From Candidatus Methanoperedens sp. (GTDB lineage: Archaea > Halobacteriota > Methanosarcinia > Methanosarcinales > Methanoperedenaceae): a DNA stretch of 32,000 nt. The position numbers were made by a program, and so were the translations under genes. How positions within the stretch are numbered: the first letter of the stretch is position 1; each line of letters begins with the position of its first letter. Under the pieces are notes generated by a model. That model was not told the origin of the DNA. It worked only from the letters and a program-made list of their open reading frames with translations, and made no database searches. Positions 27,235-32,000 of the stretch are shown here, in pieces. The stretch covers positions 240,001-272,000 of the forward strand of contig JBGQBI010000003.1 in NCBI GenBank assembly GCA_041494705.1. The letters are read 5' to 3'.

Positions 27235-28071
27235 TCATAGCATATCCAGCGGGCTTTTTATCTTCTTAATTTCTTCGGAAGATACTTGTGTATAAATCTG
27301 CGTGGTCTGTAAATTCGAGTGACCAAGGAGCTTCTGTATTTTCCTGATATCCACGCCGTTTTCAAGCAGGTGCGTGGCGAATGAATGCCGGAGGGTATGG
27401 ACATGGACGTCTTTTTCTATCCCGGCCCTTACTGCCGACACTTTTATCGCATGCTGTATGCCGCGCGGCGACATTTTCTTCCCATTTACTGAAAAAATAA
27501 GTCCTTTGCTATCGGCGCCTTTCTTTTCCTGGTACTCAATAAGGTCTTTCCTGAACATTTCTGAAATTATAAAGATCCTGTCCTTCGCGCCTTTACCCAT
27601 GCGCACCCACCCGATTCCATCGTTTAAGTCGAGGTCTGAGTATTTCAGGTTAATACATTCCGAAAGCCGAAGCCCTGTTGAGTATAGCAATTCGATTAAC
27701 AGCCTGTGCTTTTCATTTTTAGTATTATCAAGCAAATCTTTAATCTCTTTTCGGCTCAAGACCACAGGCAGCCTTTTCGATGCCTTTGGTGTTTTTATCA
27801 GCGACAGGTTTTTCCCCAGCATATCGGTGTAGAAAAATTTCAGTGATGCTTTTATCAACGCAATTGAAGCGTTTGACAGTGAATGGTCGGACATTTTGTA
27901 TGCAAGAAATTCCTTTATGTCGTCATCAATTATTTCTTCAGGGGATTTTTTTATATACTCAAGGAACTTGCGGTTGTAGAAAAGGTACATCTTTGAGGTC
28001 TGCTTTGAAAAACCCCGGAGTTTCAGCTCGGTCTCAAGCTTTTTTAATGTTGATGGCAGTTCACCGACCAT
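27235..28071 (-). CDS. xerA: Tyrosine recombinase, XerA/XerC/XerD-like
   Basis: An N-terminal SAM-like core-binding domain is present (LRGFSKQTSKMYLFYNRKFLEY). Catalytic motifs are GLRLSE, HTLRHSFATHLL and LLGHSNLQTTQIYTQV. At 278 aa it matches the size of archaeal XerA. Confidence 0.85.
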   Translation of the reverse strand: MVGELPSTLKKLETELKLRGFSKQTSKMYLFYNRKFLEYIKKSPEEIIDDDIKEFLAYKMSDHSLSNASIALIKASLKFFYTDMLGKNLSLIKTPKASKRLPVVLSRKEIKDLLDNTKNEKHRLLIELLYSTGLRLSECINLKYSDLDLNDGIGWVRMGKGAKDRIFIISEMFRKDLIEYQEKKGADSKGLIFSVNGKKMSPRGIQHAIKVSAVRAGIEKDVHVHTLRHSFATHLLENGVDIRKIQKLLGHSNLQTTQIYTQVSSEEIKKIKSPLDML

Positions 28072-28095
28072 AATACTCTGATTTGATTATCCGGG

Positions 28096-28105
28096 TATAT
28101 AAAAA
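28096..28105 (-). promoter_or_regulatory. Candidate TATA box for the recombinase gene
   Basis: The minus strand reads TTTTTATATA, ending about 24 nt upstream of the ATG at 28071. It abuts the dif-like palindrome. Confidence 0.45.
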
Positions 28106-28135
28106 CTGCGTATAATATATCTTATACGCAGTTTT
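28102..28135. other. Perfect 14-6-14 palindrome with dif/recombinase core-site architecture
   Basis: The sequence is aaaactgcgtataa-tatatc-ttatacgcagtttt. The arms are exact reverse complements. The inner ATAA-N6-TTAT layout resembles Xer dif sites. Confidence 0.6.
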
Positions 28136-28295
28136 AGGAATTTTTTGCGATTTTTTGATTATTTGACCGGGAAAATTAACGATATTAGCCGGAAAACCAG
28201 GAAAGTCCATGATAGGGCTATCAAATGGTTGAATGAATAACGAAGATTTGCCATAAATTAAAATAAGAGGTTTGAATAAAAATAAAATGCAGAAT

Positions 28296-28493
28296 TTCCG
28301 TAACGGAATTGTTCAAAGAATTTACTGTAACGGATTTTATTTGCTAAACCCCGTTACGGAATGATTAAGAGTCCAAAATACATGATGGATTATTGGAAAT
28401 GCATAATAATAAAGTCTATGAGTTTTTTCCGTAACGGGAATTTTGGCATTTAATTGCGTAACGGGAATTCTCTAATAAAATTGCGTTACGGAT
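28296..28493. promoter_or_regulatory. Palindrome array C: six copies arranged 3+3 around an AT-rich spacer
   Basis: Cores start at 28299, 28326, 28352, 28430, 28458 and 28484, giving spacings of 27, 26, 78, 28 and 26 bp. The extended consensus is roughly AATTYCGTWACGGRAATT. The array lies between the divergent xerA and dut genes. Confidence 0.8.
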
Positions 28494-28582
28494 TTATTAG
28501 ATTTTAGGTGTTCGGAATTTTGAAAAATTATGAATTTTTTGATTCAGCAATATTTATTCTCTCATCTTCTAATTGAGTTCTC

Positions 28583-29104
28583 ATGTCTTTACTATCCCAT
28601 GAAGAACTGATTTCCCTCATCAATCAAAAACCGCCGCTCGTGGAACAAATGATTGACCCGGATATCCAGGTTCAGCCTAACGGCATCGAATTGACGCTCC
28701 AGCGCGTGGAAATTCATGAAGGCTCAGGTTCTATAGCTTTTGACAATTCCGAAAGAAAACTCCCACAAACAAAAGCCATGGATTTTGATGCTGAAGGTTG
28801 GATTCATCTGCCCAAAGGCAGCTACAAAATCGTATTCAACGAGATAGTGAACATCCCGAAAAACATCGCAGCTATCGCAAAACCTCGCTCAAGTCTGCTG
28901 CGGTGCGGCGCGACTGTAGAAACTGCTGTATGGGATGCCGGTTACAGTGGCAGGAGCGAGAGCCTGCTCGTTGTTTTCAATGAGAACGGCTTTAAAATAA
29001 AAAAAAATGCGCGCGTTCTGCAGCTTTTGTTTTTCAGGCTGGGAGAAGAAGTGAATGAAGGCTATTGCGGAATCTATCAGAACGAGAATATCAAAAAAAT
29101 ATAA
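28583..29104 (+). CDS. dut: dUTP diphosphatase of the dCTP deaminase family (archaeal Dut)
   Basis: Motifs are IQVQPNGIELTL, AIAKPRSSLLRCG, AVWDAGYSGRSESLLVV and GIYQNEN. The length is 173 aa. Confidence 0.8.
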   Translation: MSLLSHEELISLINQKPPLVEQMIDPDIQVQPNGIELTLQRVEIHEGSGSIAFDNSERKLPQTKAMDFDAEGWIHLPKGSYKIVFNEIVNIPKNIAAIAKPRSSLLRCGATVETAVWDAGYSGRSESLLVVFNENGFKIKKNARVLQLLFFRLGEEVNEGYCGIYQNENIKKI

Positions 29105-29228
29105 TTTGGAGGATGGTATTTGAATACAAGTTCAATTCGCCTGCTATCCCCCCGATATGGCTGATTTGCGGTGTGTATTTAATATATCTCTTAAACCCTT
29201 AAATATAAGTTTCCACATTATTCAATCA

Positions 29229-29726
29229 ATGAAAAGCTCCGAGTTTGAAAATTCAGTGAAAACTTCAAACCTTAATGAATTGACAGAATTTTCAAAGATA
29301 CTCACCTGTTTCCAGTGCGGCACATGCACTGGAAGCTGCCCTTCCGGAAGGTACACAAGCCTTAATGTCAGGAGGATTATCAAAGATTCCATCCAGAAAG
29401 ACATCTCAGATGAACTTGAACTCTGGATGTGCACTACATGCTACAACTGCCAGGAAAGATGCCCGCGGGGAATAAAGATAACCGATGAGATACTCAAACT
29501 CCGTAGCGTTGCAGTGAAAAAAGGAAAAGTGCTCCCGGCGCACAGGGCTGTATGCAGGTATCTTATTGAAACAGGACATGCCATCCCGATTGATGACCTG
29601 CACATATCCATCAGGGAACAAATAGGACTTGACGCTCCTGAAACTGTCCACAAATACAAAAAAGCGCTCAATGACGTAAAAACCCTCCTCCGTTCAACCG
29701 GGTTCGATGAGCTGATAAAAGAATGA
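29229..29726 (+). CDS. hdrC: Heterodisulfide reductase subunit C
   Basis: Two 4Fe-4S motifs are present, CFQCGTCTGSCP and CTTCYNCQERCP. I trimmed the start to the ATG at 29229. The gene overlaps hdrB by 4 nt. Confidence 0.85.
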   Translation: MKSSEFENSVKTSNLNELTEFSKILTCFQCGTCTGSCPSGRYTSLNVRRIIKDSIQKDISDELELWMCTTCYNCQERCPRGIKITDEILKLRSVAVKKGKVLPAHRAVCRYLIETGHAIPIDDLHISIREQIGLDAPETVHKYKKALNDVKTLLRSTGFDELIKE

Positions 29727-30619
29727 AGGAACTATCTCTTTTTCTGGGATGCCTCATCCCGAATCGCTATCCGGGCATTGAAAAGGCGACAAAGCTTGTC
29801 CTTGATAAGCTTGAGGTAAAATGGAGCGAGTTGAAAGAAGCTTCATGCTGCCCCGCGCCAGGTGTATTTCGCTCATTTGATAAAATAACATGGCTCGCTC
29901 TTGCATCAAGGAACCTTATTCTTGCAGAGGAGAAGAACACGGATTTGCTGACGCTCTGCAACGGGTGCTTCAGTTCGCTTCTGGATGCCAACAATATCCT
30001 GAAAAACGATGCAAGTCTCAGGAACGAGGTGAATGCTCATCTTAAAAAAATAAATAAGGAATTTATGGGAACGATTGAAGTGAGGCACATAATAGAATTC
30101 CTTTACAGGGATATAGGTCCAGAGAAACTTGGTAATTCAATAGAGAAACCTCTTCCGCTGAAAGTGGCTGTCCATTACGGCTGTCATCTCCTTAAGCCCA
30201 CAAAGGACAGGAAGCTCGGGGGCGCCGAATGCCCCGTATTTTTTGATGAGCTTGTTGAGGCTACGGGTGCGACAAGCGTTCCATACGAAGGCAAAACGAG
30301 CTGCTGCGGCGCAGGTGGAGGAGTCAGGTCGGCAATGCTTGAGACTTCGTTAAAGATGACGGAATACAAACTTGAGCGGATGAAAAAAGCCGGCGTTGAC
30401 TGCATCGTGAATGCCTGCCCTTTTTGCCATTTGCAGTACGACGGCGGGCAGGTTGAACTTGCAAAAACCGGCAAGAAATATAACCTTCCTGTTATTCATT
30501 ACAGCCAGTTCCTCGGGCTTGCGCTGGGATATACGCCCGAAGATGTAGGACTCCACCTTAATGCGATTGTGAGCGCAGGATTTGAAGAAAAAATAGCGCT
30601 GATACAGAAAAAAGATTAG
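29723..30619 (+). CDS. hdrB: Heterodisulfide reductase subunit B
   Basis: Two CCG domains are present (CCPAPG..CNGC and CCGAGGG..CPFC). The N-terminus LFLGCLIPNRYPGIE is typical of HdrB. Confidence 0.88.
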   Translation: MKELSLFLGCLIPNRYPGIEKATKLVLDKLEVKWSELKEASCCPAPGVFRSFDKITWLALASRNLILAEEKNTDLLTLCNGCFSSLLDANNILKNDASLRNEVNAHLKKINKEFMGTIEVRHIIEFLYRDIGPEKLGNSIEKPLPLKVAVHYGCHLLKPTKDRKLGGAECPVFFDELVEATGATSVPYEGKTSCCGAGGGVRSAMLETSLKMTEYKLERMKKAGVDCIVNACPFCHLQYDGGQVELAKTGKKYNLPVIHYSQFLGLALGYTPEDVGLHLNAIVSAGFEEKIALIQKKD

Positions 30620-30715
30620 GTTAGTGGGCAGGAGGGGGTTGATGGTGGTTTGGAAAAAAGGTTTGTTCTGCCCACTATTCGTATATAGGCGAACATAATA
30701 TTTAAAGGTTGCGCA
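30620..30715 (+). repeat. Inverted repeat element, copy R
   Basis: The sequence gttagtgggcaggagggggttgatggtggtttggaaaaaagg..ctgcccactattcgtatataggcgaac starts immediately after the hdrB stop codon. It is the partner of 27010-27113. Confidence 0.8.
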
Positions 30716-30724
30716 ATGGATTTT

Positions 30725-30991
30725 TTAGTTGTTGGTGTATCCGCATTTGTTACATCTAACGCGATTTTCATTGATAGAAAGATTCTTAGAATTACAAACA
30801 GGGCATTTTTTTAACTTGCTTTGGCGGGGATTACAATCCCTACAACGCCATGATTCGCCACGGATAGCCAGATTATTGCCCTTACATATCGGGCAGGTCA
30901 TTTTGGAAGGTTGGTCATATCCACAATCCCCGCATTGAAATCTCGTTCCTTCAACTCTTACGTTGTTCGAGCCGCATGTGGGACAGGGTTT
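30725..30991 (-). CDS. Triple zinc-ribbon coding segment with no canonical start for its first ribbon; probably the frameshifted C-terminus of the upstream ORF
   Basis: My manual translation is KPCPTCGSNNVRVEGTRFQCGDCGYDQPSKMTCPICKGNNLAIRGESWRCRDCNPRQSKLKKCPVCNSKNLSINENRVRCNKCGYTNN. The frame is open back to a TAG at 31058-31060 with no ATG, GTG or TTG before the internal ATG at 30901. The plus-strand track ORF at 30729-30938 is its shadow. Confidence 0.55.
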   Translation of the reverse strand, partial: KPCPTCGSNNVRVEGTRFQCGDCGYDQPSKMTCPICKGNNLAIRGESWRCRDCNPRQSKLKKCPVCNSKNLSINENRVRCNKCGYTNN

Positions 30992-30996
30992 TAGTA

Positions 30997-32000
30997 TCAG
31001 ATGTTCACCTTTTTGATTTTTGAAAAATTGAATTGTTGTAGTATCAAGCCTGAGTTGCTAAGGTCAACAGCAATATCATATACACTTTTTTCAAATTTCT
31101 TTTCAATGTCATCCAACGATATCCATTTTTCTCCGGTTTCATCATGTAGTTTTTGAAGTTCTACCAAAAACTTTTCATGGTCGCGCGAATGTTTAATTTT
31201 AATATCTTCGGAGTAAATTAAGGCTGTGATTTGCTCTCTGTTTCTCCTTAATTTTTCAGCCTCGTAATCCCAAAGATAAGGTTTCCAATCATTGACATGC
31301 TGTAAGAATAGGTCGGTTGCTTCGTTTATTTCCCCGGTTTTTACGTTGGAATCGAGATATAATCTACTGAATGCAGTGGCTAATTTATTAACCGTATTCG
31401 CATCCACATTCAATATATTGCGCTCATCCATTATTTTTCTGATATTATCTTCAATGTTAGCGAGCGCATTATTGGTTTCGGCAAATGTCGGGTTATACAT
31501 CAAAGCCGTGATTTGATATTGGAGTAAAAGATAGGGTTCTGCAAGTTCAGCTTTCTTATATGTTGCTGATTTTATGAGCATTGGGATTTGTACGGGTAAT
31601 GATTCCGTAACCGCCAGCGCGTCTTTTGCTGATATACATGGTTTGCAGTAATTGACTTCACAGGGATTATTTCGTCTTAGATTATTAATAACATTCACGT
31701 CTTGCTTATTATTTATCATATTAAAATAATATTTATCGTTCATCTTCCTGAAATTCTTGGCTAAAATCGTATTGTATGTCACTTTTAAGTTTGGGATAAC
31801 AGTATTCGATAGTTTGCCGTAATTAGACAGTTTTGAAGCAATCGTGCCGATACCGCCTATTCCGTAAATAGAGGCAGGGCATGAAAGTAATTCCAGCGCA
31901 AGCATTAAATCAAGGTCGTCCTCGGCTGCGTCCTTCCAGTTCAAAGCGCATTGATACTTAAAGTCCTTATAACCGATATCGGGTTTGTGGTCTTTGATAT
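30997..32000 (-). CDS. Unknown AT-rich protein; its 5' end lies beyond the window
   Basis: The track starts this ORF at a TTG at 31944, but the frame stays open to base 32000 (..IKDHKPDIGYKDFKYQCALNWKD..). I recognise no family. The C-terminal part looks helical and possibly winged-helix-like. Confidence 0.6.
   Translation of the reverse strand, partial: IKDHKPDIGYKDFKYQCALNWKDAAEDDLDLMLALELLSCPASIYGIGGIGTIASKLSNYGKLSNTVIPNLKVTYNTILAKNFRKMNDKYYFNMINNKQDVNVINNLRRNNPCEVNYCKPCISAKDALAVTESLPVQIPMLIKSATYKKAELAEPYLLLQYQITALMYNPTFAETNNALANIEDNIRKIMDERNILNVDANTVNKLATAFSRLYLDSNVKTGEINEATDLFLQHVNDWKPYLWDYEAEKLRRNREQITALIYSEDIKIKHSRDHEKFLVELQKLHDETGEKWISLDDIEKKFEKSVYDIAVDLSNSGLILQQFNFSKIKKVNI

Noticed and set aside
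27002-27238. A 78-aa minus-strand ORF downstream of the recombinase gene.
   Set aside because: It consists entirely of the inverted-repeat element plus palindrome array B and shows no coding-like features.
21967-28493. The regularly spaced palindromic repeats might be a CRISPR array.
   Set aside because: The repeat units are only 13-19 bp and degenerate. The period of about 27 bp leaves no room for spacers. The arrays have 4-6 units and no cas genes are present.
26938-28582. A tRNA gene might serve as the integration target next to the tyrosine recombinase.
   Set aside because: I found no cloverleaf-like sequence and no GGTTCGAATCC-type T-arm in either flank, or anywhere else in the window that I could recognise.
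30729-30938. A 69-aa plus-strand ORF.
   Set aside because: The opposite strand encodes three regular CPxC..CxxC zinc ribbons, so the plus-strand ORF is the shadow.

Overview
This looks like an archaeal chromosomal segment. The gene content points to a methanogen or ANME-type member of the Methanosarcinales: hdrCB, archaeosine tRNA-guanine transglycosylase, RNase P Rpp21, prefoldin alpha, ribosomal protein LX, a GPN-loop GTPase and UbiA/UbiD. All family names come from motifs I read in the translations and recognise from memory; I ran no searches. I found no rRNA, tRNA or CRISPR array.

The housekeeping backbone runs in this order:
- adenine deaminase (partial, missed by the ORF track) and a purine PRT
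- nitroreductase and a small operon
- tgtA
- rplX-pfdA-ftsY
- an ArsB-like permease
- a large radical SAM protein
- rnp4
- ubiA, a GPN GTPase, a DUF835 sensor and ubiD
- dut-hdrC-hdrB

The backbone is interrupted by visibly AT-rich accessory pieces:
- a DUF2971 gene
- a DUF262/DUF1524 (GmrSD-like) gene next to a vapBC pair
- a 3'-terminal unknown gene with a triple zinc ribbon
- a three-gene surface-protein operon (RCC1-repeat protein, small lipoprotein, YVTN beta-propeller protein)

The most unusual locus lies around a XerA-like tyrosine recombinase (27235-28071):
- A perfect 14-6-14 dif-like palindrome abuts its promoter.
- Fourteen copies of a palindrome, TTCCGTWACGGAA, sit in three iteron-like arrays with about 27 bp phasing. 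Two arrays bracket the recombinase gene. The third lies upstream of the surface-protein operon.
- A pair of inverted repeats of about 100 bp encloses the recombinase together with dut-hdrCB.

Other notable signals:
- a roughly 250 bp direct duplication of the ubiA 3' end flanking vapBC
- a GC-rich in-frame patch inside the AT-rich DUF262 gene
- a frameshift junction in front of the zinc-ribbon segment
- a triple CACAGAG inverted repeat upstream of tgtA
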